A DNA stretch of 59,429 nucleotides, filler included. It is 6 parts of 6 records of this genome, joined end to end, with 100 filler letters (N's around TTAATTAATTAA, not from the genome) between each part and the next. Parts side by side here need not be neighbours in the genome. Positions count along the whole stretch, not along the records: positions 1 to 20,753 come from DRR723986_9148; 5 more parts are not named here. The stretch is one strand, 5' to 3'. The position numbers were made by a program, and so were the translations under genes. The number at the start of each line of letters is the position of its first letter. The stretch's first letter is position 1. The notes beneath the pieces are model-generated. The model saw only the letters and a list, made by a program, of their open reading frames with translations, had not been told where the DNA came from and made no database searches. Positions 1 through 10,650 of this stretch are shown piece by piece.

Positions 1-187
1 GGGACACGCGGCCGCCGCGGTCCATCAGCTGACGGTCACCACCGGTCCATGCCGGGTGGGACGTCGGGTCGATGTCGAGCGTCAGGGTGTCGCCTTCCGC
101 ACCATAAGTGGAGCGGGTGGTGTATTCGGTGCCATCGGTCATGACGACCTTGATGGTGTGGTAGTCGGGATGAATATCCGCTTTCAT
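1..187 (-). CDS. rpmE: 50S ribosomal protein L31, 3'-truncated at window edge (not in ORF track)
   Basis: Manual translation from ATG at 187: [50 protein letters not shown]..., typical alphaproteobacterial L31 without Zn cysteines; AAAGGA upstream. Confidence 0.95.
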   Translation of the reverse strand, partial: MKADIHPDYHTIKVVMTDGTEYTTRSTYGAEGDTLTLDIDPTSHPAWTGGDRQLMDRGGRVS

Positions 188-506
188 GGCCGGTCCTTTC
201 AAGCGCCCTGTGACAACCTTCCGGGAAAGCCGCCAAGCAAACGCAAAACGAAATGAGGGGCCGCCGATCCGGTTGCGGACGCCGCCCTCAGAAACATGAG
301 GCGGGGATATACCCCATGGAAGGAGCCAAGACAAGGGGCAAATTCCGGCAATTTCCAGCTATCTCCGGCAAAGGATTTCAACCCCTCGCCGACACGGCCC
401 GCTTTCCTCCGGCAAAGCCCTTTTAAAGCTCTTGGCGGCTTTGTCCAAAGTCATTGTCCGCACTGCGGAACATGCTAAGACGGGAAGGAACAACAAGGAG
501 ACCCCA

Positions 507-2315
507 GTGGCCGACGCCCCTGCCAACGAAACCCAATCCCCATCCGGAAAGTCCCGCAGATCGCTTCGCCCGCTTACCCGGCTGCTGCCGTATCTCTTCC
601 GGCACAAGACCATGGTTGCAGCGGCAGTCGCAGCCCTGTTCTCGGCCGCCGTCATAACGCTTGTTCTTCCTGCGGCGGTCCGCCGGATGATCGACTTCGG
701 CTTCGGCGCCGATGACCCCGCGCTGGTCAATTCCTATTTCGCCGTGCTGATCGGCGTGGTGTGCGCTCTCGCAACTGCCAGTTCCGTCCGCTATTTCCTG
801 GTCATGTGGATTGGCGAACGGGTCGTCGCCGATGTGCGCTCCGATGTCTTTGCTCATATGACCAGGCTCAGCCCGGTCTTTTACGACAGCGCCAAATCCG
901 GAGAAATCCTCTCCCGTTTGACGGCCGACACCACCCAGATCAAGGCTGCCTTCGGCTCCAGCGCATCGCTTGCCATGCGCAACCTGATCATGTTCCTGGG
1001 CGCTGCCGTGATGATGGTCGTCACCAGTCCACGGCTTTCCGTCATCGTTCTGGCAGCTATCCCGGTCATTCTCATTCCCATCCTCGGCTTCGGGCGCCAG
1101 GTGCGCAGAAGGTCCCGCTTTGCCCAGGATACCCTTGCTGAAGCGTCTGCCTATGCAAGCGAGATGTTGGGCTCGGTCCGCACGCTTCAGGCCTTTACCC
1201 ATGAAAGCCGCAGCGCAGGCCGCTACGCAGATGCCGTCAATGCCGCCTTCCAGGCTGCCCGTCAGGCAATCGTCGCCCGCGCTGCGCTGACCGGCTTTGC
1301 CATCATGGTGATCGGGGCCAGCATCGTCGCCGTCCTCTGGATCGGTGCGAGCGACGTCTTCTCCGGCAGGATCACCGGCGGTGAACTCAGCCAGTTCCTG
1401 CTCTATTCCATTCTGGCGGCCGGATCCCTGGCTGCCCTCTCCGAAGTCTGGGGCGAACTCTCACAGGCAGCCGGCGCGGCAGAACGCCTGTCGGAACTTC
1501 TGGAAATCCAGCCGGAAATCGCCGCACCTGAAAACCCGGTCAGCCTGCCTGAGACGCCACGCGGCGAGATTGTCTTCCAGGACGTGTCCTTCGCCTATCG
1601 CAACGCGGAGAAAATGCCCGTCGTCCGCGACCTCAGCCTCACCATATCGCCGGGCGAAACCGTGGCCGTGGTCGGACCTTCCGGCGCAGGCAAGTCGACC
1701 CTCTTCAGCCTGCTGATGCGGTTCTACGATCCTGTCTCGGGCGACATCCGCCTCAATGGCGTTGCCCTGCCGGATCTCGACCCGGAAGACCTGCGCCGCC
1801 ATATCGCACTGGTGCCGCAGGACACGGCTATCTTTGGCGCCAGCATTGCGGAGAACATCGCCTACGGACGGCCGGACGCCAGCCAGGAGGAAGTCATCGC
1901 CGCCGCTGAAGCAGCGCTTGCGGCCCCCTTCATCGAGAAGATGTCGGACGGCTACGACACCATCGTCGGCGAACGCGGCATTACCCTGTCCGGCGGCCAG
2001 CGCCAGCGCATTGCAATTGCCCGTGCCGTCCTGAAACACGCACCCGTGCTGCTGCTGGACGAAGCCACAAGCGCGCTCGATGCGGAAAGCGAAAATCTGG
2101 TCCAGCAAGCCCTCGACCGGCTGATGGAGAACCGGACCACATTGGTGATCGCGCACCGGCTGGCGACGGTTCTCAAGGCAGACAGGATCGTGGTGATGGA
2201 AAACGGCCGGATTGTCGAAACCGGGACACACGGCGAACTGACCGCTGCCGGTGGCCTTTATGCCAAGCTTGCTAGGCTGCAATTTGGTGCCGAGCTGGAC
2301 GCGGAAACCGCATAG
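507..2315 (+). CDS. ABC transporter, fused permease/ATP-binding (MsbA-like exporter)
   Basis: N-terminal TM domain, Walker A GPSGAGKST, LSGGQ, LLLDEATSALD; GTG start at 507 after AAGGAG. Confidence 0.92.
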   Translation: MADAPANETQSPSGKSRRSLRPLTRLLPYLFRHKTMVAAAVAALFSAAVITLVLPAAVRRMIDFGFGADDPALVNSYFAVLIGVVCALATASSVRYFLVMWIGERVVADVRSDVFAHMTRLSPVFYDSAKSGEILSRLTADTTQIKAAFGSSASLAMRNLIMFLGAAVMMVVTSPRLSVIVLAAIPVILIPILGFGRQVRRRSRFAQDTLAEASAYASEMLGSVRTLQAFTHESRSAGRYADAVNAAFQAARQAIVARAALTGFAIMVIGASIVAVLWIGASDVFSGRITGGELSQFLLYSILAAGSLAALSEVWGELSQAAGAAERLSELLEIQPEIAAPENPVSLPETPRGEIVFQDVSFAYRNAEKMPVVRDLSLTISPGETVAVVGPSGAGKSTLFSLLMRFYDPVSGDIRLNGVALPDLDPEDLRRHIALVPQDTAIFGASIAENIAYGRPDASQEEVIAAAEAALAAPFIEKMSDGYDTIVGERGITLSGGQRQRIAIARAVLKHAPVLLLDEATSALDAESENLVQQALDRLMENRTTLVIAHRLATVLKADRIVVMENGRIVETGTHGELTAAGGLYAKLARLQFGAELDAETA

Positions 2316-2380
2316 CCCGTCAAACGTGAAATGGGCGGCATGATTGCCGCCCTTCTTGGTTGATGAATGCCGATGTCAAA

Positions 2381-3172
2381 TCACGCGTCGTCGGGAACCG
2401 CGACCGTATAGTTGAGCGGCATGCGGCCACCGTCGGCGAAGATCGTCTGACCGGTGACGTAGCTGGCATCGCTGGACGCCAGGAACGCGGCGACGCTGGC
2501 GATTTCGGACGGTTCGCCGACGCGCAGCATCGGCGTCCGCGACAGGATGCGGTTCTTCGCCGCCGGATCGCTGTTCACCGACGCCAGCATCTCGGTCATG
2601 ATCGAGCCCGGCCCGATAGCGTTGACGCGGATACCGTACTGGGCAAGCGACAGGGCGGTCGTCTTGGTCAGCTGCGACATGCCACCCTTGGAAACGCAGT
2701 AGGGGATCTGATTCGGGATCGCGAGCACCGAGTTGACCGACGACATGTTGACGATGCAGCCCGGCTCACCACCGTTCTGAACCTTCTCCACCATGTGGCG
2801 GGCAACGGCCTGAGAGCACAGGAAAGCGCCCTTCAGGTTGATCGACAGGACGCGCTCGAAATCCTCTTCTTCCAGGTCGAGGAAATCCGCGCCGACCACG
2901 ATGCCGGCGTTGTTGACCAGCACATCGATATCGCCATAGGCGTTCAGCGTTTCGGCAACCAGATTGCGAACGTCCAGACGTTCAGCGACGTTGCAATGGA
3001 TGTACATTGCCTCGCCCTGCGATTTCAGATCTTCAGCCGCGGCTTCACCGGCTTCGTCATCCACATCGGCAATCACGACCTTCGCGCCATCGGCGACAAA
3101 GCGCTTGGCGACTGCAAATCCGATCCCACGGGCTGCCCCGGTAATGATGGCGACCTTATTCTCCAAAGACAC
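2381..3172 (-). CDS. SDR family oxidoreductase
   Basis: TGAARGIG, NNAG, YCVSK catalytic motif; GTG start after GAGG. Confidence 0.92.
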   Translation of the reverse strand: MSLENKVAIITGAARGIGFAVAKRFVADGAKVVIADVDDEAGEAAAEDLKSQGEAMYIHCNVAERLDVRNLVAETLNAYGDIDVLVNNAGIVVGADFLDLEEEDFERVLSINLKGAFLCSQAVARHMVEKVQNGGEPGCIVNMSSVNSVLAIPNQIPYCVSKGGMSQLTKTTALSLAQYGIRVNAIGPGSIMTEMLASVNSDPAAKNRILSRTPMLRVGEPSEIASVAAFLASSDASYVTGQTIFADGGRMPLNYTVAVPDDA

Positions 3173-3307
3173 GGAAACCTCACGGCTGCTTGAGTTTAAT
3201 TCTGATGCGCAAATAGCGCGGGCCGCTTCGCGGCGGCCCGACATTAAGTGTCAAAAACGGCTGTGTCGATGGCTGTTATCGCCCTCCAGCAACGTCACCT
3301 GGTCAAT

Positions 3308-5215
3308 TCAGACGGAAATTCCGTGTGTTTTGAGCGCTTCGGTAATCTCGTCCAGGATTGCCGGATCGTCGATCGTGGCCGGCATTTTCCAGCTTTCTCC
3401 GTCGGCAATCTGGCGCATGGTGCCTCGAAGGATCTTCCCGGAACGCGTTTTCGGCAACCGGTCGACGGTGATCGCGATCTTGAATGCCGCCACCGGGCCG
3501 ATCTTGTCGCGCACCAGCTTGACAAGCTCCTTCTCGATCTCGTCGTGGGTCCGGTCGACACCGGCTTTCAGTACAACGAACCCGCAAGGCAGCTGGCCTT
3601 TCAGTTTGTCTGCAATGCCGATGACGGCACATTCGGCAACATCGGGATGCGTGGCCAGCACCTCTTCCATGCCGCCGGTCGACAGTCGGTGGCCGGCAAC
3701 GTTGATGATGTCGTCGGTCCGCGCCATGATCGACAGATACCCGTCGTCATCAATGATCCCGGCATCCGCGGTCTTGTAGTACCCGGGGAACTCGGCGAGA
3801 TAGGCATCGAAGAATCGCTTGTCCGCATTCCACAAAGTCGGCAATGAACCTGGCGGCAGCGGCAGTTGCACCACGATGTTGCCAAGCGTATTGGCGCCCA
3901 GCGGATGGCCGGCGTCGTCCAGCACCTGGACGTCGTAGCCGGGCATCGGCACGGTGGGAGACCCCGGCTTGACCGGCAACTGGCCAAGACCGACCGGATT
4001 GCCGACGATGCACCAGCCGGTTTCCGTCTGCCACCAGTGGTCGATCACCGGCACCTGCAATTGGTCGATGGCCCAGTTGACCGTTTCAGGGTCCGCACGC
4101 TCTCCCGCCAGAAACAAAGACCGGAACTGCGACAGATCATATTTCTGGATCAGCTCGCCTTTCGGGTCTTCCTTGCGAATCGCCCTGAAGGCAGTCGGCG
4201 CCGTGAACAGCGATACGATGTTATGGTCGGAAATAACCCGCCAGAACGTTCCCGCATCCGGTGTCCCCACGGGCTTGCCCTCGAACACGATCGTGGTGCA
4301 GCCGTGCAATAGCGGCGCGTAGCAGATGTAGGAATGGCCAACCACCCAGCCGACGTCTGATGCCGCCCAGAAAACTTCCCCTGGCTGAATGTCGTAAAGG
4401 TTCTTCATCGACCATTTCAGCGCCACCATATGGCCGCCGTTATCGCGAACGACACCCTTGGGCTGACCGGTCGTGCCGGAAGTGTAGAGAATATAGAGCG
4501 GGTCGGTTGCCTTCACCGGAACCGGCGCGATCCTGCGCCCGGCCGCGACAGCATCTGCCTGAAGAGCTCCGAGATCGTGGTCCCTGCCCGCTTTCAGGTC
4601 CGCCGTCAGTTCCTCGCGCTGGAAGACGAGGCAGCTGTCCGGCTTGTGCCTGGCAATATCGATGGCCTGATCGATCAGGGGCTTGTAGGCAATGACGCGG
4701 CCCGGCTCGATGCCGCAGGACGCTGCGATGATTGCCTTCGGGGTCGCATCATCGATTCGCGTTGCCAGCTCGTTGGCGGCGAACCCGCCGAAAACGACGG
4801 AATGAATGACACCAAGACGCGCGCAAGCCAGCATCGCCATCACGGCCTGGGGGATCATCGGCATGTAGATGATGGCCCGGTCGCCCTTGACGAGGCCCTG
4901 GTCGGCCAGCACGCAGGCCATGGCCTCCACTTCTTCCAGAAGCTCCGCATAGGTGTAGCTTGCCGTCCGTCCGGTAATCGGGCTGTCGTAGATAAGTGCC
5001 GGCTGGCCGGGACGACCGCGCTCCACGTGCCGATCCAGGCAGTTGTAGCAGGTGTTGCACTCCCAATCCGGATACCAGCGGCCATATTGCCCCTGATCGG
5101 GATCGAACACCTTGTCGCCCGTCAAGACCCAGTCGATTTCCTCAGCGGCCTCCTTCCAGAACCCGAGCGGATCCTGTTTCCAGCCCTGGTAGATCTCGTG
5201 ATACCGGCTTGCCAT
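3308..5215 (-). CDS. prpE: Propionyl-CoA synthetase (acetate/propionate-CoA ligase family)
   Basis: YTSGTTGQPKG, DHWWQTETG, LPKTRSGKILR; start MASRY after GGAGG. Confidence 0.85.
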   Translation of the reverse strand: MASRYHEIYQGWKQDPLGFWKEAAEEIDWVLTGDKVFDPDQGQYGRWYPDWECNTCYNCLDRHVERGRPGQPALIYDSPITGRTASYTYAELLEEVEAMACVLADQGLVKGDRAIIYMPMIPQAVMAMLACARLGVIHSVVFGGFAANELATRIDDATPKAIIAASCGIEPGRVIAYKPLIDQAIDIARHKPDSCLVFQREELTADLKAGRDHDLGALQADAVAAGRRIAPVPVKATDPLYILYTSGTTGQPKGVVRDNGGHMVALKWSMKNLYDIQPGEVFWAASDVGWVVGHSYICYAPLLHGCTTIVFEGKPVGTPDAGTFWRVISDHNIVSLFTAPTAFRAIRKEDPKGELIQKYDLSQFRSLFLAGERADPETVNWAIDQLQVPVIDHWWQTETGWCIVGNPVGLGQLPVKPGSPTVPMPGYDVQVLDDAGHPLGANTLGNIVVQLPLPPGSLPTLWNADKRFFDAYLAEFPGYYKTADAGIIDDDGYLSIMARTDDIINVAGHRLSTGGMEEVLATHPDVAECAVIGIADKLKGQLPCGFVVLKAGVDRTHDEIEKELVKLVRDKIGPVAAFKIAITVDRLPKTRSGKILRGTMRQIADGESWKMPATIDDPAILDEITEALKTHGISV

Positions 5216-5400
5216 GACAATGTCCTCCCAAACACAAGCCCGGAGACACAGCTCCGGCTTTTGCGGCCTAGAGTGCTGTAAGGGCACCCGAAATTGCAAG
5301 CCTCCGCTTATAGGCAATTCGGCCTTCGGGACTTTACGTAAGCACTCTGGCATGATTGTCTGCCGGGCCTGTCCGTTCTACTCCTCGCGTTTCTCAGCAC

Positions 5401-6165
5401 ATGATCCCAATTACTGATCCCTGGTTCTATGCGGCCGCCATTCCGTCGGTCTTTCTGGTCGGCCTGTCCAAGGGCGGGTTCGGCGGCACCTTCGCCATGC
5501 TTGGAGTGCCGATCATGGCGCTCGTCATTTCACCGCTGCAGGCCGCCGGCATCATGTTGCCGATCCTGATCGTGATGGACATTGTCGCGCTGATTGCCTA
5601 TCGCGGCCGTGCTGACTGGAAAACCCTCAGCATTCTGCTGCCCGCGGCCGTGATGGGCATTGGCATCGGCTGGGCCACGGCCGCCTATGTCAACGACTCC
5701 TTCGTCATCTTCCTGATCGGCATAATGTCCCTGGCCTTCGTCGCCGATTATCTCTTCAAGCAGCGCAAGATCACCACCGCGAGCGGTCACAATCTGCCGA
5801 AAGGCACGTTCTGGGGCATGATGGCAGGCTTCACCAGCTTCATCAGCCACACCGGCGGCCCACCCTTTCAGATGTACATGCTGCCGCTGCGCATGGCGCC
5901 CATGCTGTTTGCCGGAACGGCGGTCATCTTTTTCGCCACCGTGAACGCGATCAAGCTGGTGCCCTATTTCCTGTTGGGACAATTCGACGCCACCAACCTG
6001 TCGACTTCCGTCACGCTGTTTCCAGTTGCGCTGGTGGCAACTCTTGTCGGCGTCTGGCTGGTACGCATCGTCAAGGCGGAAATGTTCTACGCCATCATCT
6101 ATATCTTCATGGGCGTGATCGGCGCCAAGCTGACTTATGATGGAATTGTCGGCCTTCTTGCCTGA
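5401..6165 (+). CDS. Sulfite exporter TauE/SafE family membrane protein
   Basis: GLSKGGFGG and HTGGPP motifs, ~8 TM helices. Confidence 0.85.
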   Translation: MIPITDPWFYAAAIPSVFLVGLSKGGFGGTFAMLGVPIMALVISPLQAAGIMLPILIVMDIVALIAYRGRADWKTLSILLPAAVMGIGIGWATAAYVNDSFVIFLIGIMSLAFVADYLFKQRKITTASGHNLPKGTFWGMMAGFTSFISHTGGPPFQMYMLPLRMAPMLFAGTAVIFFATVNAIKLVPYFLLGQFDATNLSTSVTLFPVALVATLVGVWLVRIVKAEMFYAIIYIFMGVIGAKLTYDGIVGLLA

Positions 6166-6366
6166 CAAGGCGTGCAGGGTGGATCGTCTAAGGGGATACC
6201 CCCGCCAATGACCAATTGCACGGCAAACCGTTTCCGGTTTTGATACGGCCAAAATCAACCGGTCACCGTGCCTTCCCCCCATGTGGCGGAGGGCACCAGA
6301 TTGGTCTCAAGACGTTTTTGGCATCCCGTTCCCATCTGCTGGCGGGATGCTTCAGGGAGGATGGTC

Positions 6367-8001
6367 ATGGATGCCAGCGTCAACCCCTTCGCTCGGGGTC
6401 TCGACAAGAACACCGCCAATTATGCACCGCTCAGTCCGCTGAGCTTCCTGGCAAGAGCGGCGGATGTGTTTCCGGACACGGTTGCGATCGTCCATGGCCG
6501 TCAGCGGACCGACTACCGGACCTTTTATCGGCGGGCGCGCCAGCTTGGATCCGCACTGACGCGGCTCGGAATCGGCAAGAACGATACAGTCAGCGTCATG
6601 CTGTCCAACGTGCCGCCGATGCTGGAAGCTCACTACGGGGTGCCGATGGCCGGTGCGGTTCTGCATTCCATGAACACACGCCTCGATGCTGCTATCATTG
6701 CCTTCCAGCTCGACCATGCCGATTGCAAGGTGCTGATCACCGATCGTGAATATGCGCCGGTCGTCAAGGAAGCCCTGTCGATTGCGACGGTGACACCTAC
6801 CGTGATCGACTTTTCCGACACCGAATTTCCGCAGGAAGGCGAACGTCTCGGCAGCCTCGACTATGAGGAATGCGTGCAATCGGGCGACCCGGACTTTGCC
6901 TGGTCGCTTCCGGATGACGAATGGGATGCGATCGCGCTCAACTACACCTCCGGCACCACGGGCAATCCGAAGGGCGTGGTCTACCACCACCGCGGCGCCT
7001 ATCTGCTGGCCCAGGCGAATGTGATTACCGCCTCCATGGCCAAGCACCCGGTCTACCTCTGGACCCTGCCGATGTTCCACTGCAACGGCTGGTGCTTTCC
7101 CTGGTCCCTGTCGCTTGTCGCCGGAACCCATGTCTGTCTGCGCTGGGTCCGCCCGCAAACCATGTGGGACCTGATTGCCAATGAAGGCGTCACCCATCTG
7201 TGCGGCGCGCCGATCATCATGTCGACGCTCCTCAACGCAGCGCCCGAGCACAAGCGAGATCTTGACCGCGAAGTGGAATTCTTCACAGCCGCCGCCCCGC
7301 CGCCGGAAAGCGTGCTCGCAGCCATGAAGACCGCCGGTTTCAACGTCACCCATCTCTATGGCCTTACGGAAGTCTACGGCCCGGCGGTCGTCAACGACTG
7401 GAAGGTCGAATGGAACGACCTGCCGCTTGCCGAACAGGCACAGAAAAAGGCACGCCAGGGCGTACGCTATGTCGCGCTGGAAGGTCTGACGGTGCTCGAC
7501 CCGGAAACGCTGGAGCCGGTGCCCGCCGATGGCGAGACCCTTGGAGAGGTCATGTTCCGCGGCAATGTCGTGATGAAGGGCTACCTGAAAAACCCGGAAG
7601 CGACCGAGAAGGCCTTCAAGGGCGGCTGGTTCCATTCCGGAGACCTCGGCGTCCTGCATCCCGACGGCTATGTCCAGCTGAAGGACCGGTCCAAGGACAT
7701 CATCATCTCCGGCGGCGAGAACATCTCCTCCATCGAAGTGGAAGAAGTGCTCTACAAGCACGCCGACGTGCAGGCCGCGGCTGTGGTGGCGAAACCGGAC
7801 GAGAAATGGGGCGAAACCCCTTGTGCCTTTGTCGAGCTGAAGGACGGGTCAACGGTTAGCGAGGCCGACCTGATAGCCTTCTGCAGGCAGCACCTTGCCA
7901 GCTTCAAGGCTCCGAAGACTGTTGTCTTCTGCGAATTGCCCAAGACCTCGACAGGCAAAATCCAGAAATTCGCCCTGCGCGAGCAGGCAAAGGCGCTCTA
8001 G
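6367..8001 (+). CDS. Acyl-CoA synthetase (AMP-forming; DmdB/AAE7-like)
   Basis: YTSGTTGNPKG, LPMFHCNGW, YGLTE, LPKTSTGKIQK; GGGAGG RBS. Confidence 0.88.
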   Translation: MDASVNPFARGLDKNTANYAPLSPLSFLARAADVFPDTVAIVHGRQRTDYRTFYRRARQLGSALTRLGIGKNDTVSVMLSNVPPMLEAHYGVPMAGAVLHSMNTRLDAAIIAFQLDHADCKVLITDREYAPVVKEALSIATVTPTVIDFSDTEFPQEGERLGSLDYEECVQSGDPDFAWSLPDDEWDAIALNYTSGTTGNPKGVVYHHRGAYLLAQANVITASMAKHPVYLWTLPMFHCNGWCFPWSLSLVAGTHVCLRWVRPQTMWDLIANEGVTHLCGAPIIMSTLLNAAPEHKRDLDREVEFFTAAAPPPESVLAAMKTAGFNVTHLYGLTEVYGPAVVNDWKVEWNDLPLAEQAQKKARQGVRYVALEGLTVLDPETLEPVPADGETLGEVMFRGNVVMKGYLKNPEATEKAFKGGWFHSGDLGVLHPDGYVQLKDRSKDIIISGGENISSIEVEEVLYKHADVQAAAVVAKPDEKWGETPCAFVELKDGSTVSEADLIAFCRQHLASFKAPKTVVFCELPKTSTGKIQKFALREQAKAL

Positions 8002-8006
8002 GGGCT

Positions 8007-8038
8007 GAAAACAAAAACGCCGCGCAATGCGCGGCGTT
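8007..8038 (-). terminator. Intrinsic terminator between convergent genes
   Basis: AACGCCGCGC-AAT-GCGCGGCGTT stem with A-tract on the left (U-tract on minus strand). Confidence 0.8.
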
Positions 8039-8059
8039 CAATCTCAGTGGAACTGCCCT

Positions 8060-8239
8060 CTAATGGAGCGTTTCCTTTTCCCGTATTCGCGTAATCTCAT
8101 CCTTGATCTTGAGCTTTTGACGCTTCATGTCAGCCAATTGCAGGGAGTCTGTACTCGGATGTAACTGAGCGTCTTCAATCTTGCGTTCCATTTCCGCGTG
8201 ACGGCGCTCAAGTTCTGCGAGATGCGACTGCATTGACAT
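8060..8239 (-). CDS. DUF465/YdcH family small coiled-coil protein
   Basis: MSMQSHLAELERRH...KRQKLKIKDEI; GGAGG RBS. Confidence 0.85.
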   Translation of the reverse strand: MSMQSHLAELERRHAEMERKIEDAQLHPSTDSLQLADMKRQKLKIKDEITRIREKETLH

Positions 8240-8594
8240 GGATAACCTCCTGTCTGTTGGCTCAACATTTTCATCGTGCCACAGGAATTCCGGCGTTGTC
8301 GATTGTTCTTTGCGCATAGCTTGAGCGTTTCGCCGTCAAATTATGCATTCTCGCTGCTATCCTTAGGAAACCCTGAAGAAGCGACCCCAATTAAGACACT
8401 TAAAACTCACGAAAATTACCCTTGAAAGATTTGCCAGTTCACAAGTTTTCAACATACGAAATCGTGACCTGCACCCCGGTTCGCGTGACGAAAGCAAGGG
8501 ACTTTTGAAAACCGGCCACCGGCTGGCCTAAGATGATATCTTGCCCGTCATCGGCAAAATGGATTAGGACTTATCTCCTGTTTGGGGGACATAG

Positions 8595-8801
8595 ATGGCG
8601 CAGATGGATAGTGATGCGTTGCGTTTGCAACTGGCGCAGCTTCGCCAGGAACACAGAGATCTTGATGCGGCCGTCGAGGCACTCGCCTCAACTTCGAACC
8701 AAGATGCCTTGCAGCTGCAGCGGCTGAAGAAGAAGAAACTGATGATCAAGGACCGGATCACGGCACTTGAGGATCAGCTGTTCCCGGACATCATCGCCTG
8801 A
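8595..8801 (+). CDS. DUF465/YdcH family small coiled-coil protein
   Basis: EHRDLD...RLKKKKLMIKDRI...PDIIA. Confidence 0.88.
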   Translation: MAQMDSDALRLQLAQLRQEHRDLDAAVEALASTSNQDALQLQRLKKKKLMIKDRITALEDQLFPDIIA

Positions 8802-8949
8802 GCTTGCCTGCCACCGGGTTTCCCGCATCGGCACCATGCAGCCCGAATGTGAATTTCCGACACGAAATCTGCCGATTCGCGCTTGCGATGCGCGGCGCGC
8901 TGCCTATACTCCGCGGCTCTTCTGAGCCCGCCGGAAACTGGAGCATTTT

Positions 8950-9438
8950 ATGGCCAAAGCGGATGTCGCCATCATCATGGGAAGTCAGTCGGACTGGCCG
9001 ACAATGAAACACGCCGCCGACACGCTGGACCAGCTCGGCGTCAGCTACGAGGCACGCATCGTCTCCGCTCACCGCACGCCGGACCGGATGTACGACTTCG
9101 CCAAGAGCGCAAAGGCCGAAGGCTTCAAGATCATCATCGCAGGCGCAGGCGGTGCAGCCCATCTTCCAGGCATGACCGCGGCCCTGACGCCGCTGCCCGT
9201 CTTCGGTGTTCCAGTCGAAAGCAAGGCGCTTTCCGGCGAGGACAGTCTCCTGTCCATCGTGCAGATGCCCGCCGGCATTCCGGTCGGCACGCTTGCCATC
9301 GGCAAGGCGGGTGCCACCAACGCCGCCCTGCTGGCCGCTGCCGTCCTGGCCCTGCATGATCCGGCAATCGACACCGCCCTCACCGCCTTCCGCGCCGAGC
9401 GCACTGCCGCCGTCGCCGAAACGCCATCCAACGACTGA
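8950..9438 (+). CDS. purE: N5-CAIR mutase
   Basis: [32 protein letters not shown]. Confidence 0.97.
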   Translation: MAKADVAIIMGSQSDWPTMKHAADTLDQLGVSYEARIVSAHRTPDRMYDFAKSAKAEGFKIIIAGAGGAAHLPGMTAALTPLPVFGVPVESKALSGEDSLLSIVQMPAGIPVGTLAIGKAGATNAALLAAAVLALHDPAIDTALTAFRAERTAAVAETPSND

Positions 9439-9467
9439 AATAGCCCGACGCGGGCAGGATCCATACC

Positions 9468-10559
9468 ATGAACGCCAAAACCCGTTTGAGCCCAGGCGAC
9501 ACCATCGGCATCCTTGGTGGAGGCCAGCTTGGCCGGATGCTGGCACAATCGGCCGCCAGCCTTGGTCTGAAGACACATATCTTCTGCCCGGATCCGAACA
9601 GTCCCGCTTTTGACGTCAGCGCCACCTTCACGGTTGCGCCCTATGAGGACATCGACGCGCTCGACCGCTTCGCCTCTTCCGTCGACGCCGTCACCTATGA
9701 ATTCGAAAACGTGCCGGGCCCGACCGCTGCCCATCTCGACGCCAAGGTTCCGGTGCGCCCCGGTGTACGCGCGCTGGAGGTTTCCCAGGATCGGCTGTTC
9801 GAAAAGCAGTTTCTCTCCGGTGCCGGTGTTGCCATTGCCGACTTCGCCGACATTGACTCGCAGCAGGATCTCGAAGAAGCCGTCGCGCGTTTTGGCGGTA
9901 AGGGCGTACTGAAAACCCGCCGCTTCGGCTATGACGGCAAAGGGCAGCAGATGATCCGCAAGCCCGAGGATGCCGACGGCGCCTTCGAAAAACTCGGCGC
10001 GGTACCGATGGTGCTCGAAGCGCTTATCCCCTTCGAGTGTGAAGTCTCCGTGATTGTCGCACGTGACCTGGACGGCGGCATTGCCTGCTACGACGTTGCC
10101 CGGAACCACCACGAAAACCACATCCTGAAGACCTCGACCGTTCCGGCCGGCGTCTCGCAGGCAACGCTGGACGCAGCCCGTGCGATGGCCGGGAAGATTG
10201 TTGCCGGTCTGGATTATGTCGGTGTCATGGGCGTTGAAATGTTCCTGGTGCGCGAGGCAGCTGGCGAAAGGCTGCTGGTCAACGAGATTGCGCCACGCGT
10301 TCACAATTCCGGCCACTGGACGCAGGACGCCTGTCTGACGTCTCAGTTCGACCAGCACATTCGTGCTGTCGCCGGTTGGCCTCTTGGCTCTGCCGAGCGG
10401 CATTCGGATGCCGTCATGGAAAATCTCATCGGCTTCGACGCCGACAGCTGGCACGAGGTTCTCAAGGAACCCGCTGCCCGTCTGCATCTTTACGGCAAGG
10501 CCGAAACCCGCGAAGGCCGCAAGATGGGCCACGTCAACCGGATCTCGTTAAAGTCCTGA
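9468..10559 (+). CDS. purK: N5-CAIR synthase
   Basis: GGGQLGRM, EFENV, GYDGKGQ, NEIAPRVHNSGH, GRKMGH; follows purE. Confidence 0.97.
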   Translation: MNAKTRLSPGDTIGILGGGQLGRMLAQSAASLGLKTHIFCPDPNSPAFDVSATFTVAPYEDIDALDRFASSVDAVTYEFENVPGPTAAHLDAKVPVRPGVRALEVSQDRLFEKQFLSGAGVAIADFADIDSQQDLEEAVARFGGKGVLKTRRFGYDGKGQQMIRKPEDADGAFEKLGAVPMVLEALIPFECEVSVIVARDLDGGIACYDVARNHHENHILKTSTVPAGVSQATLDAARAMAGKIVAGLDYVGVMGVEMFLVREAAGERLLVNEIAPRVHNSGHWTQDACLTSQFDQHIRAVAGWPLGSAERHSDAVMENLIGFDADSWHEVLKEPAARLHLYGKAETREGRKMGHVNRISLKS

Positions 10560-10582
10560 ACAGGACCATCTGAAAAGGATTG

Positions 10583-10611
10583 AAAAAGCCCCGGACACGA
10601 GCCGGGGCTTT
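10583..10611. terminator. Bidirectional intrinsic terminator
   Basis: AAAAAGCCCCGG-ACACGAG-CCGGGGCTTT between convergent purK and MATE. Confidence 0.8.
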
Positions 10612-10650
10612 CTGGTTTTGACGCTGATACGTTGCCAAAACGGGGCTGGC

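Noticed and set aside
8391-8403. CtrA box in the DUF465 spacer
   Set aside because: TTAA-N5-TTAA, not the N7 spacing required.
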